Part shown: positions 1 through 9,297 of the stretch, piece by piece
Layout of the letters: every line of letters starts with the position of its first letter
Numbering within the stretch: position 1 is the first letter of the stretch
NCBI GenBank assembly: GCA_041738755.1
Contig: JBGSPE010000005.1
Coordinates: 79,872 to 143,871, forward strand
Source of the DNA: Minisyncoccia bacterium
Lineage (GTDB): Bacteria; Patescibacteriota; Minisyncoccia; Phycocordibacterales; UBA918
DNA length: 64,000 nucleotides
Direction of reading: 5' to 3'
Position numbers and translations under genes: made by a program
Notes under the pieces: generated by a model
The model's database searches: none
What the model was told of the DNA's origin: nothing
The model's input: the letters and a program-made list of their open reading frames with translations, nothing else

Positions 1-3000
1 TTCACGTTGGGGTGGATATGCAGATACATTCCCAGTCGGGGGTTATACAACTGAAATCGATGTCTATCTCGACATGGCGTTAGCTGACGGTTCTGATAAA
101 GGATTTGATTTCTCTTCAGCTGTGAACAGTACCGACATCAATACTCATCGTCGAGACTTTATATTTCATCTAGAAACTAATGCCTCTAACCCAGGTACTT
201 GGTTAGTTAATGTAAGTAACAACGCCCCAGGTAATCCCTCAGCTTCAGGAGATTCTGGAGTTATTGATGAAACTGGCTGGTATACGCTCCAGGCTTATTT
301 CCATGACAATGGCTCAGGAGTGCTTGAGGTGACAATGAATGTTATCGATAGATCTACTGATTCAGTTGTCTTCACTAAGAACCGTTCAGATGCCTCAGAC
401 ATAATCGGAACTACCGTAGGAGGAAATAGATACGGCTGGTTTACTGGTCAACGGTATGAAGTTGGAGATTTGGCAATTGATAACGCTGCGTTGTACCTTG
501 GTTCTCCAGTACAACGAGACTGTGAATCTGATATTGTCGCAGATACAACAAAACCTATAGGAACGATTGATTCTCCGGAAGATAATTCAGTTGTAGGTTC
601 GAGTTTTAGTGTTAATGGTACAGCATTCGATGGTGAGAGTGGTCTAGCTGAGGTGCTTTACAGAGTAAATGAAATTGACGCAATTGGAGGTTTGTTTGTA
701 GCAAATGTAATCTCTGGTACAGCATCTGGAACCGAAACGTGGTCATATGCTGTGAATGGACTAAGTGAAGGATTTTATCGTGTTCGTGCTGAAGTCATCG
801 ATAATGCAGGAAATATCCGTTTTCTCCACCATGACGTTGAGGTAGATACTACTAAGCCAACTGTAACGATTACTTCACCGTCTAATCAAGCTGTACTAGA
901 TAACGTTCCTTTTACTGTAACGGGTACTGCAAGTGATGCAAAGACAGGTATTAAGGAAGTAAAATATACCGTAACAAATATAACGGGTATCGGAGGTACG
1001 TTTGTTGATCTAATCGCATCAAGTACTGCGACTGGTAGGGAAAATTGGTCATTTGGGGTCCCGGCACTTGAAAATGGATTCTATCGATTAAAAGTCCAAG
1101 CTTTTGATGAAGTTGGAAATTGGCGATATGAATTTCATGATATTGAAGTCAAAGGTACTCGAGCGTTCATTAGCGTGATTAATCCTGCTGATGGGTTTAT
1201 TGCATACGAAGATTTTGAAATTACCGTAAATGCAACTGATGGCTTTGGCCTTGGACAAGTCGTAATTAATCTCAAAGATGAGGATGGCGACAACTTAGCA
1301 CCATGTCTCAATGTTCAGGCTGGTGGAGTGACTGACTTCACTGCGAGTTGTACAGTTGATGTTGATTCGTTAGAGCCAGGCATTTATGGCTTTCGTACCA
1401 ATGCTCGAGATCTTGAAGGAAATATCAGTAATACGGTCTCACAAACTTTTGAGGTTCGAGAATTACCAGTAGCATCACTCACTATCACCGCACCAACTAC
1501 TGATGGTGCTACTGTTGCAGACGCTGGTATCTTTACAGCTGAGTACATCGACAACGATTTGACGGCAGATAGCTTCCAGTGGGCTATTCGAGCAGGTACC
1601 TGTGAACGAGGTCAAGGAACTATCGCTGGAAACGTTGACGGGTTCGATGATGAGTCAACTTTTGTTGGTACTACCTTCACTGCACAATTCGATGCAACTG
1701 AACTAGAAGATGGTGAATACTGTTTTGTGGTAAATCCACGTGAGCAAGCCGGTGAGCAAGATTTGCGCGCAACCCGAACGTTTGTCGTTGAAACACCGTT
1801 ACTTACTTGTGAAATTACCAGTGATACAGGTACACTTATTATTGAAAATAATGAATACGCTGTAGAAACCTACGAGCACCGAAATTGGACAGCGTTGATT
1901 CCTGGAGCAACATGGGTGTGGGAAACCTTCTACGTTGAAGACCCAACAGTGAATACTACCCGTACCTTTACTGAGACCTTTGTGGTAAATGGCATTGATA
2001 CAGCTACGCTTGATGTTGCGGCTGATAACGGCTACCAACTCTTTGTGAATGACCAGCTCGTACAAGATCGTCGATCAATCGAGAACAACTTCCAAACACA
2101 TACCCAAAAGACATTCGATATTGCTGAATTCTTAGTTGACGGTGAAAATACCTTTACTATTGAAGTAACCAATAAGGGTGTTCAAAATGCAAATGCTCTT
2201 CAAAATCCAGCAGGAGTACTTTACAAGCTTGTTGTAAGCGCAGAAACAGCGTGTGAAATTACCACAGAACCAGCTGACGATACTGCACCGACTATTACCG
2301 TAAAAGAAGGTTCTGCCGGAGGCCCAACTGAGTTTACAGAGGTAAGCTTCGCACTCTTCGATGCGGGAGATATCGATAAACTAACACTCAATGGTGTTGA
2401 AAAGGATTTAACAAACAATCCGTATTCTGACTTAAACTTTGTGACACCAGGACAGTTTGGAGCTGTGTTGGGAACAAATACACTTGTTGTATTTGACGCA
2501 ACTGGCAATAGTACTACGTTTATCTTTACGTTAATTGAAGAAACGACTGAAAATCCTGAAGGTCCAGGAGACGGTGATCCAGAAACACCAACTGAAGGAG
2601 AACCCCCAATTGAACCGCCAATAACTACACCTGGTACACCAGAACCAGAAAGTGATAATAACAGTGGTGGAAATTCATCAGGAACATTGATTCCAAGTTT
2701 AGCGCAAGCTGACTTCCAACCGCTTGTATTGGGAGCTTCGACTGGACAATGTGGCATGTTGATTACTGACTATCTCCGAATGGGAATTGAGAATGACCCA
2801 AATCAAGTTCGATGGTTGCAATTCTTCCTCTTCGGACAAGGATACTTTGATGTGACCGTAAATGGTGAATTCGACGCTGCCACTGACGCTGCTGTTCGAG
2901 CCTTTCAAGAAAAGCACCGAGCTGACATCTTGGACCCTTGGGTAACAAACGGCATCTTGACCGTGAGTAATCCAACTGGTTGGGTATACCAACTTACTCG

Positions 3001-3058
3001 GTACAAGATTAACAACATTATCTGTCCTGGAAGCGAACCAATGCCTAGTCTTATTTAA
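1..3058 (+). CDS. Large cell-surface protein, 5'-truncated (frame open from base 2). Bacterial Ig-like repeats, jelly-roll/lectin-like domain, Pro/Glu linker, C-terminal peptidoglycan-binding (PG_binding_1-like) domain
   Basis: Frame 2 has no stop upstream of ATG 74 (SRWGGYADTF...). Repeated DTTKP.V.I.SP...D..GN Ig motifs; ADNGYQLFVN...NPAGVLY jelly-roll; C-terminal VRWLQFFL...GEFDAATDAAVRAFQ. Confidence 0.8.
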   Translation, partial: SRWGGYADTFPVGGYTTEIDVYLDMALADGSDKGFDFSSAVNSTDINTHRRDFIFHLETNASNPGTWLVNVSNNAPGNPSASGDSGVIDETGWYTLQAYFHDNGSGVLEVTMNVIDRSTDSVVFTKNRSDASDIIGTTVGGNRYGWFTGQRYEVGDLAIDNAALYLGSPVQRDCESDIVADTTKPIGTIDSPEDNSVVGSSFSVNGTAFDGESGLAEVLYRVNEIDAIGGLFVANVISGTASGTETWSYAVNGLSEGFYRVRAEVIDNAGNIRFLHHDVEVDTTKPTVTITSPSNQAVLDNVPFTVTGTASDAKTGIKEVKYTVTNITGIGGTFVDLIASSTATGRENWSFGVPALENGFYRLKVQAFDEVGNWRYEFHDIEVKGTRAFISVINPADGFIAYEDFEITVNATDGFGLGQVVINLKDEDGDNLAPCLNVQAGGVTDFTASCTVDVDSLEPGIYGFRTNARDLEGNISNTVSQTFEVRELPVASLTITAPTTDGATVADAGIFTAEYIDNDLTADSFQWAIRAGTCERGQGTIAGNVDGFDDESTFVGTTFTAQFDATELEDGEYCFVVNPREQAGEQDLRATRTFVVETPLLTCEITSDTGTLIIENNEYAVETYEHRNWTALIPGATWVWETFYVEDPTVNTTRTFTETFVVNGIDTATLDVAADNGYQLFVNDQLVQDRRSIENNFQTHTQKTFDIAEFLVDGENTFTIEVTNKGVQNANALQNPAGVLYKLVVSAETACEITTEPADDTAPTITVKEGSAGGPTEFTEVSFALFDAGDIDKLTLNGVEKDLTNNPYSDLNFVTPGQFGAVLGTNTLVVFDATGNSTTFIFTLIEETTENPEGPGDGDPETPTEGEPPIEPPITTPGTPEPESDNNSGGNSSGTLIPSLAQADFQPLVLGASTGQCGMLITDYLRMGIENDPNQVRWLQFFLFGQGYFDVTVNGEFDAATDAAVRAFQEKHRADILDPWVTNGILTVSNPTGWVYQLTRYKINNIICPGSEPMPSLI

Positions 3059-3072
3059 AGAGCAGGGAGGCC

Positions 3073-3117
3073 AGAAAGGGCTGAAACGCAGAGCGTTTCA
3101 GCCCTTTCTTAATTTTT
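3073..3117 (+). terminator. Intrinsic terminator
   Basis: Perfect 17-bp stem agaaagggctgaaacgc/gcgtttcagccctttct with T-rich tail, 14 nt after the stop codon. Confidence 0.85.
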
Positions 3118-3185
3118 ACCCTCTTTCAAGAGAGAAGATAAGTCAGCCTGAGTAAATCCATTATTTGGCAGTTCACGGCAAAAGC

Positions 3186-3215
3186 TTGACAAAATGGTAA
3201 ATTATAGCTTAAAAT
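3186..3215 (+). promoter_or_regulatory. sigma70 promoter, probably leaderless transcript
   Basis: TTGACA-18 nt-TAAAAT, 8 nt before ATG 3224. Confidence 0.7.
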
Positions 3216-3223
3216 AGCGATAT

Positions 3224-4354
3224 ATGAATCCTACCGTACCCCGAGAAAAAGCTCTCGACTTGTTACAAAAGGTATCACTCACCCTCATGTCTGTTTTGGT
3301 GCTTATTACCTTTGTGGCAGCAAATCTTCAAGCTGCCTTGTGGCAATCTTCACAATGGCTCGTTTCGACCGTGCTTCCAGCGGTAGTCGTTGAACTGACA
3401 AATGAGGAGCGAGGTGAAAATAACGTTGGACCCCTTAAACGAAATGCTACGCTTGATGCTGCAGCAAAGCTCAAAGCTGAGCACATGGCCAAAAACCAAT
3501 ACTTTGCACACTTTGCCCCAGATGGTACTACACCATGGTTTTGGTTTAAACAGGCTGGATATACCTATGCGCACGCAGGAGAAAATCTAGCGATTCACTT
3601 TACCGACTCGTCCGAGGTCGTTGATGCTTGGATGAATTCTCCGACGCACCGCGAGAACATCGTGAATGGAAAATATACTGAGATTGGTGTAGGTACCGCC
3701 AAAGGTAAATTTGATGGGTACAATACCGTGTATGTCGTACAGTTGTTTGGTACACCGGCTGTAGCACCGACGCCAACACGAGTGGTTACTCCAGCTCCAG
3801 CGACTCCAGCCCCACAAGTCGCGATTGCTACGCCTCCACCGGCTGAAGTGACACCAGTGCCTGAAGAAGAATCAGTCCTGGCGGCAGAGACACCAACTCC
3901 AACTCCTCCGGCTCGGGAAGTTGAAGCTGAAGAAGAGGGTGTTGCAGTAGCTGAAGCTGCACCAACCAGTGCACCGACAACCACCGTTTCAAGTACGCCG
4001 GTAGCTGCACCAATAGCTCCTCCAGAGCGACCGATTGTTACTGAGGATACGTTGGTATTAGAAAGCAGTATGATTGCGACTTCTTCGGGATTAGCAGTTG
4101 CGTCTGTGACTGAAACACTTGAAACAGCAACTGCTGGGACACTTTCAGGTCTCGCTACGAAGCCAAATGCTGTCCTGCAGATAACCTATACAATTCTCGG
4201 ATCTGTCGTCGTTTTACTCCTTGTAGCCTCTATCGCCTTAGAAGTACGACGTAAGCATATTCCACAGGTAATTTATGGTGGAGGCTTACTCATAGTGATG
4301 CTTGGTCTGTGGTTCTTCCACTCGTATATTACCGCCGGAGCGGTTATTATGTAG
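3224..4354 (+). CDS. CAP/SCP-domain (YkwD-like) membrane protein with Pro/Thr linker and two C-terminal TM helices
   Basis: LTNEER...AAKLKAEHM...YFAH...AGENLA...WMNSPTHRENI...EIGVG CAP motifs. Confidence 0.9.
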   Translation: MNPTVPREKALDLLQKVSLTLMSVLVLITFVAANLQAALWQSSQWLVSTVLPAVVVELTNEERGENNVGPLKRNATLDAAAKLKAEHMAKNQYFAHFAPDGTTPWFWFKQAGYTYAHAGENLAIHFTDSSEVVDAWMNSPTHRENIVNGKYTEIGVGTAKGKFDGYNTVYVVQLFGTPAVAPTPTRVVTPAPATPAPQVAIATPPPAEVTPVPEEESVLAAETPTPTPPAREVEAEEEGVAVAEAAPTSAPTTTVSSTPVAAPIAPPERPIVTEDTLVLESSMIATSSGLAVASVTETLETATAGTLSGLATKPNAVLQITYTILGSVVVLLLVASIALEVRRKHIPQVIYGGGLLIVMLGLWFFHSYITAGAVIM

Positions 4355-4358
4355 TGAC

Positions 4359-4787
4359 ATGAAAGTCACCCATATTAGTCCGGTAAAAATCACCACAGCG
4401 CTTGAAGCACCTCTATATAGCTCACAACCAGCGGCTGGTTTTCCGGCCCCTGGTGATGACTTGGTTGAACGACCACTTGATTTGAATGATTTACTAATCG
4501 AGAACCCAACTGCTACGTTTTTTGTCCGGGTGAGTGGCGACTCGATGGAGGGTGCGAAGATTTTTGCTGGCGATATTCTGGTGGTTGATAGGGGATTGAC
4601 ACCAAGCTCAGGTAGTATTGTAGTGGCTGCGGTCTATGGTGAATTAGTCGTTAAGCGACTGCAAAAAACCAATAAAGGAATGGTCTTAGCTTCAGAGAAC
4701 CCTGACTATGAACCGATTATCGTCAATGAAGCGGAAGATTGTTACATTTGGGGCGTAGTAACAGGCAGTGCTCGTATTTTCACGTAA
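4359..4787 (+). CDS. umuD: UmuD (Pol V accessory subunit, S24 autoprotease)
   Basis: AAGFPAP cleavage site, VSGDSM catalytic Ser, VVKRL catalytic Lys; no DNA-binding domain. Start moved from 4302 to ATG 4359 (MKVTH), after the upstream stop. Confidence 0.9.
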   Translation: MKVTHISPVKITTALEAPLYSSQPAAGFPAPGDDLVERPLDLNDLLIENPTATFFVRVSGDSMEGAKIFAGDILVVDRGLTPSSGSIVVAAVYGELVVKRLQKTNKGMVLASENPDYEPIIVNEAEDCYIWGVVTGSARIFT

Positions 4788-4817
4788 GATACATAGGACT
4801 TAATCGTCATAAAAACT

Positions 4818-5996
4818 ATGAAAACTATTAAAAATATTACTGCCGCTCTAGCGTTTGGTGCTTGTTTCCTTACTGCACCAGCTGGAGCTTTTGCGATGGA
4901 GGTTGGGGTCTGGGTACCCTGGTTTGGAGCCGAAGCAGGAGCTGAAAGTGCTACCGAAAACATTGAAAGTATTGATGTGGTATACCCCTTTGTATACGAA
5001 ATTGACGCCAGTGGACGTTTAATTAATAAGGTAAATTTTAATACACCTCACTGGCAGGAGTTATTTGAAGCAGCCGAAGATGAAGATGTGCTCGTTATTC
5101 CAACGATTGCTTGGTTTGACGGCCCACAAATTGATAGCCTCCTTAGCGATACTAGCAAACGCAAAGCTCATATCAATGAGATTGTAAAAATGGTTAATGA
5201 TAATGATTTCGATGGAGTCAATATCGACTACGAGACAAAACTAGCCAAGACGAAGGATAATTTTTCACTCTTTTTGAAAGAGTTAAATCGAGCATTGAGG
5301 CGGAAAACCCTCACCTGTGCCATTGAAGCAAGAACCCCACCAGAATCACTCTACCGAAATGTCCCGGCGAATCTTCAATATGCCAATGACTACAAGGCTA
5401 TCAATCGGTACTGTGACTGGGTAGAAATCATGGCCTATGACCAGCAACGAGCTGATATCAAACTTAATGATGAACGCCGCGGTGTACCATATAATCCGGT
5501 AGCTGATAAAGATTGGGTAGAAAAGGTTATCAAAGAAGCTATCAAGGATATTGACGAAGACAAGATTCTCCTTGGCGTACCAACCTATGGTCGTGCCTGG
5601 GACATTACGGTAGCTTCAGAGTGGTACAAAGACTATACGCGAGTCGCATCCCTCAACCAGCCACGAATTCTTGAATTATCTGAAATCTACGACTCACCAA
5701 TTGGTCGAACTGCAGGTGGGGAAGCGGTAATCAGTTATTTCCCTGAAGATTCGCCATGGAAAATTTTCAATCAATTACCAACACCAAAGGATACCCCGAA
5801 GGGCTATGAAGCTGCCGCTAAGGCACTTCTTGTCGCCACTATTGCTGATATTGAGCTACCGGTGCGGTTTGTAACCTGGAGCGATAGTGAAGCCGCTGAG
5901 GATAAGTTTGACCTGATTGAAAAGTATGACCTTCGTGGTACCGCTATCTTCAAGATTGACGGTGAAGAAGATCAGGATATTTGGAACCTATTGTAA
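4818..5996 (+). CDS. Secreted GH18 glycoside hydrolase (YaaH/SleL-like N-acetylglucosaminidase or chitinase-like)
   Basis: Signal peptide; FDGVNIDYE catalytic motif; IMAYD; LGVPTYG. Confidence 0.85.
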   Translation: MKTIKNITAALAFGACFLTAPAGAFAMEVGVWVPWFGAEAGAESATENIESIDVVYPFVYEIDASGRLINKVNFNTPHWQELFEAAEDEDVLVIPTIAWFDGPQIDSLLSDTSKRKAHINEIVKMVNDNDFDGVNIDYETKLAKTKDNFSLFLKELNRALRRKTLTCAIEARTPPESLYRNVPANLQYANDYKAINRYCDWVEIMAYDQQRADIKLNDERRGVPYNPVADKDWVEKVIKEAIKDIDEDKILLGVPTYGRAWDITVASEWYKDYTRVASLNQPRILELSEIYDSPIGRTAGGEAVISYFPEDSPWKIFNQLPTPKDTPKGYEAAAKALLVATIADIELPVRFVTWSDSEAAEDKFDLIEKYDLRGTAIFKIDGEEDQDIWNLL

Positions 5997-6479
5997 TTTT
6001 TCCTTCAGTATCTCACCTAAAAAGTACGTCTCGAGTTCCTCGTAGACGTGCTTTTTGTATGTATCAGCTGCCGTAATAGCTTCAGTGAACGAAACAAATC
6101 GATAGTCTGAAGCCTCAACTTCGGTAGCATTCTTTAAATTTATAACCGAGTCTGGGGCAAGCTCAAGGAAATACCAACGATGGGCTTGGCCTAATCGAGG
6201 TTTGGTGGCGTCATCTACCGTATTGGTATCTTGGTAGACGGTCCATTTCGGATAGAGTGTAGTCGATGTAAAATCACGTTTCTCTAGTCCATTTTCTTCT
6301 TTGAGTTCTCGCCAGAGAGTCGTTTCAATATCTTCACCAAGGTCGATGCCACCTTGTTGAAATTGCCACACGCCGATGGGGTTTGTTGCTCGCTCAAACA
6401 GAGCTACCTCGCCAGCTTGGTTATAAATGACGGTCCCGACGCCGGCTCGAAAAAAACGGGTACTCACTGTCGTTGGCAT
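5988..6479 (-). CDS. Nudix hydrolase, RppH/Ap4A hydrolase-like
   Basis: FRAGVG..IYN..G...WQFQQGGID.GE......RELKEENGL Nudix box and GQAHRWY as in the RppH family. Likely start ATG at 6479 (MPTTVS). Confidence 0.8.
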   Translation of the reverse strand: MPTTVSTRFFRAGVGTVIYNQAGEVALFERATNPIGVWQFQQGGIDLGEDIETTLWRELKEENGLEKRDFTSTTLYPKWTVYQDTNTVDDATKPRLGQAHRWYFLELAPDSVINLKNATEVEASDYRFVSFTEAITAADTYKKHVYEELETYFLGEILKEKLQ

Positions 6480-6521
6480 AGGCCAGTACCATAGCATATT
6501 TATTGGTATACTTACTATGAT
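6480..6521. promoter_or_regulatory. Back-to-back extended -10 promoters for the Nudix gene (-) and umuC (+)
   Basis: TGgTATACT (-10 at 6507-6512) lies 9 nt before ATG 6522; minus-strand TGcTATGGT (6493-6488) lies 8 nt before ATG 6479. Confidence 0.55.
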
Positions 6522-7778
6522 ATGAAGCACGATTGGATTGGAGTACTCGATTGTAATAATTTCTTTGTTTCATGCGAACGGCTGTTTCGACCTGACTTAA
6601 AAGGGAAGCCGGTGATTGTTCTCTCATCAAATGATGGTTGTATCGTGGCCCGCTCACAGGAGATAAAGGACAATAATATTCCCATGGGTGTCCCATATTT
6701 TCAGGTAAAGGACAATCTTACAGCCTTAAAGACAACATGTTTTTCTTCTAACCTCACACTCTACCGAGATATCTCAAGACGTGTCTTTGAGGCCATGAGA
6801 GAGGAGTTATCTATAATTGAAGAGTATTCAATTGATGAAGCTTTCTTTACGTTGAAAATGTTGACCGAGGAAGAAGTAACCTCGGTCGCCCAGATGTTAA
6901 AAGACAAAGTAGAGCAACGCATCGGTATTCCAGTTTCCATTGGTCTTGGTCCTTCAAAGACAATTGCAAAGTATGCCAATGACCGGGCCAAAAAGACAAC
7001 TGGAGTCGCTGTGTTCAATAAACTCACCTGGCTTAAAACTGCTCCTAACATTCAGCTTGGAGCTATTTGGGGAGTGGGGCTCAAAACGTCCCATCGCTTC
7101 CGCGACCACCAGTTATTTTCTGTTGCAGACTTTCTTGCCGTTGATAGTAGTCGGTGCCAAGCATTGTTCGGAGTGATGGGTATGCGTCTGCGTACTGAAT
7201 TAAGTGGCAATCCAGTTTTGGATACTATGAGTTCTACACCACAAAAAAGCATTGTCAGCTCTCGGTCCTTCAGAGCTTCTTCAAGTGATAAGTCTATTCT
7301 CAAAGACGCTCTGTCGTACCATGTGTCAGAAATTGCCGCTGAGTTACGGACTTTACGACAAAAGGCTGGTTATATAAGAATATTCATATTGCCTAGCAGA
7401 CACGGGGATTTTGTTCTACACGGCGCTTCAGCTGAAGCGGTGTTGGATGTGCCCCTGCAGGATACGTTAGCCTTGCTTCAGGTTGCACATCGGTTGCTTG
7501 AAACTATTTTTAAAGATGATGTACCGTACCAAAAGGTGGGTGTAGCTGTTGGTTCGTTTGTACCAGAAACGGTTGAGCAATTGGATCTGTTTGCGACACC
7601 TACGGTATCGTCTACCAAGGCCTTAATGAACGTGGTTGATACCCTTAATCGTTTGTTTGGGCACGAAACAATTAAGCTTGGGAGTCATTTGCGCGGTGGG
7701 GAATGGAGAGCAAAAGCTGAGTTACGGTCACCAGCATATACCACCAAGTGGAGTGACCTTCAGATAGTAAAAGCGTAA
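6522..7778 (+). CDS. umuC: UmuC, Y-family DNA polymerase V catalytic subunit
   Basis: DCNNFFVSCE, LSSNDGC, YSIDEAF, KTIAKYAN; C-terminal W..K.E.RSPAYTT.W (DUF4113-like). Confidence 0.92.
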   Translation: MKHDWIGVLDCNNFFVSCERLFRPDLKGKPVIVLSSNDGCIVARSQEIKDNNIPMGVPYFQVKDNLTALKTTCFSSNLTLYRDISRRVFEAMREELSIIEEYSIDEAFFTLKMLTEEEVTSVAQMLKDKVEQRIGIPVSIGLGPSKTIAKYANDRAKKTTGVAVFNKLTWLKTAPNIQLGAIWGVGLKTSHRFRDHQLFSVADFLAVDSSRCQALFGVMGMRLRTELSGNPVLDTMSSTPQKSIVSSRSFRASSSDKSILKDALSYHVSEIAAELRTLRQKAGYIRIFILPSRHGDFVLHGASAEAVLDVPLQDTLALLQVAHRLLETIFKDDVPYQKVGVAVGSFVPETVEQLDLFATPTVSSTKALMNVVDTLNRLFGHETIKLGSHLRGGEWRAKAELRSPAYTTKWSDLQIVKA

Positions 7779-7937
7779 AGAGTCACACTGTAACCGACAT
7801 TTGTATTTTATAAAACGTTAGAGTCATGTCTTACATTTTGCATAATAAACCATGTATACATGAATAAAAGTAAGGAACAAAAGTCAGAGCAAAAAGGTTA
7901 TCAACAGCAGTTCTCGGACAGTTTGTCAAAGACGCAG

Positions 7938-8095
7938 TAAAATGTACACAGAGCGGTTGAAGGATATAAAACTTTTAGGCTGAGCCTTTTCACAAAAAAG
8001 TACTATATCTCTCCACAGAAACTTCAGCCGCAATGCTTCACCGAGTATTCACTCACCGAAGTAGAATTAGTTATTTAATAAATAATCCATAAAAC
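7938..8095 (+). promoter_or_regulatory. Promoter (-10 TAAAAT) plus ~145-nt structured 5' leader of the 8096 gene
   Basis: TAAAAT 7938-7943; helix gcggttgaag 7953-7962 / cttcagccgc 8022-8031 enclosing further stems. Confidence 0.5.
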
Positions 8096-9172
8096 ATGTT
8101 CGCAAATCCAACAAATGTTGGCATTTCGCAACGGGTGGTCGCGACACTTGTTGCATGTGCTGTGGTACTTTCCTCAATCGGAATGTACGCAACTGCACAA
8201 GCAGCTAACTTAACAGAAATTAGCAATACCTTGTCTGACTCTAACCTTAGTGTCGCTTCATCACATACGATTGCATTTACCATTCCAACTGGTTCAACGC
8301 TTGTGGGAACACAAGATGTTGCTATCACATTCCCGTCAGGATTTACTGGCATCGCTGCTAACGTAGTGAGCGGGGACGTGACAGTGACAGTTGATGGAAC
8401 TCCAGACGCAGTCGGTACTTTCAGTGCCGTCGGTCAAGTCATTACGTTTGACGGAGTTGCAGCTACCGCTGGCCAGGAAGTAATCGTCGCGATTGCAGAT
8501 GGAAATATTACTAACCCAGGTACTGCTGGTTCCTACGAATTTGTAGTGACAACCGAAGCTGCTGATACTGGTAGAACTCGAGTTGCTATCATCGACGACG
8601 TGTTGGTGACAGCAATCGTTAACACTACCTTTGACTTCACCATCACCGGTCTCGCTACTTCAACTGCAGTCAATGGTACATCTACCACTGGTTCTACTTC
8701 GCCAACAGCAATTCCTTTCGGAACATTGGTGGCTAACCAAATCAAGACACTTGCGCAACGTCTCAATGTATCAACAAACGCCCGAAACGGCTTCGTGGTT
8801 ACCGTTGAGCAAGACAGTGACTTGCAATCAGCTACAGGTGCTGTTATCGATAGTTTCACAAACGGAACCTACGTTAACACTCCAGTTTCTTGGGCTGCTC
8901 CAACCAATAACGTGAACTTAGAAAACACGTGGGGTCACTGGGGTCTTACCTCAGCTGACGCAGACTTAAACGGTGACGAATTCGGTTCAGCCCTCTTCGT
9001 GGCTGCAAGTACTACTCCTCGAGAAGTATTTTCACACGATGGTCCATCTGACGGTACAACCGCTAATATCGGTGAAACCCAAGTTGGTTACCAGATTCAA
9101 ATCACGCCACTTCAAGAAGCGGCTGATGACTACAACACGACCTTGACCTACATCGCAACTCCTACCTTCTAA
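8096..9172 (+). CDS. Secreted two-domain protein with C-terminal WxL/pilin-like domain (subtype A); putative fibre shaft subunit
   Basis: Signal peptide (AQA/A); V.VTA.V strand, IPFGTL, V.TNA..GF.V, WGHWG, C-terminus DYNTTLTYIATPTF; full-length paralog of 46865. Confidence 0.65.
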   Translation: MFANPTNVGISQRVVATLVACAVVLSSIGMYATAQAANLTEISNTLSDSNLSVASSHTIAFTIPTGSTLVGTQDVAITFPSGFTGIAANVVSGDVTVTVDGTPDAVGTFSAVGQVITFDGVAATAGQEVIVAIADGNITNPGTAGSYEFVVTTEAADTGRTRVAIIDDVLVTAIVNTTFDFTITGLATSTAVNGTSTTGSTSPTAIPFGTLVANQIKTLAQRLNVSTNARNGFVVTVEQDSDLQSATGAVIDSFTNGTYVNTPVSWAAPTNNVNLENTWGHWGLTSADADLNGDEFGSALFVAASTTPREVFSHDGPSDGTTANIGETQVGYQIQITPLQEAADDYNTTLTYIATPTF

Positions 9173-9185
9173 GGTATCGAGTAAG

Positions 9186-9226
9186 AACACAAAACTCGTA
9201 CATATTATATGTACGAGTTTTGTGTT
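9186..9226 (+). terminator. Hairpin terminator/stabiliser after the 8096 gene
   Basis: Perfect 19-bp inverted repeat aacacaaaactcgtacata-tta-tatgtacgagttttgtgtt. Confidence 0.8.
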
Positions 9227-9297
9227 ATGTGTATACCCTACACCGGTGAACAATTCTTCAGTGGTATACTAGCCCTATTACACGTTATTGCTTATTT

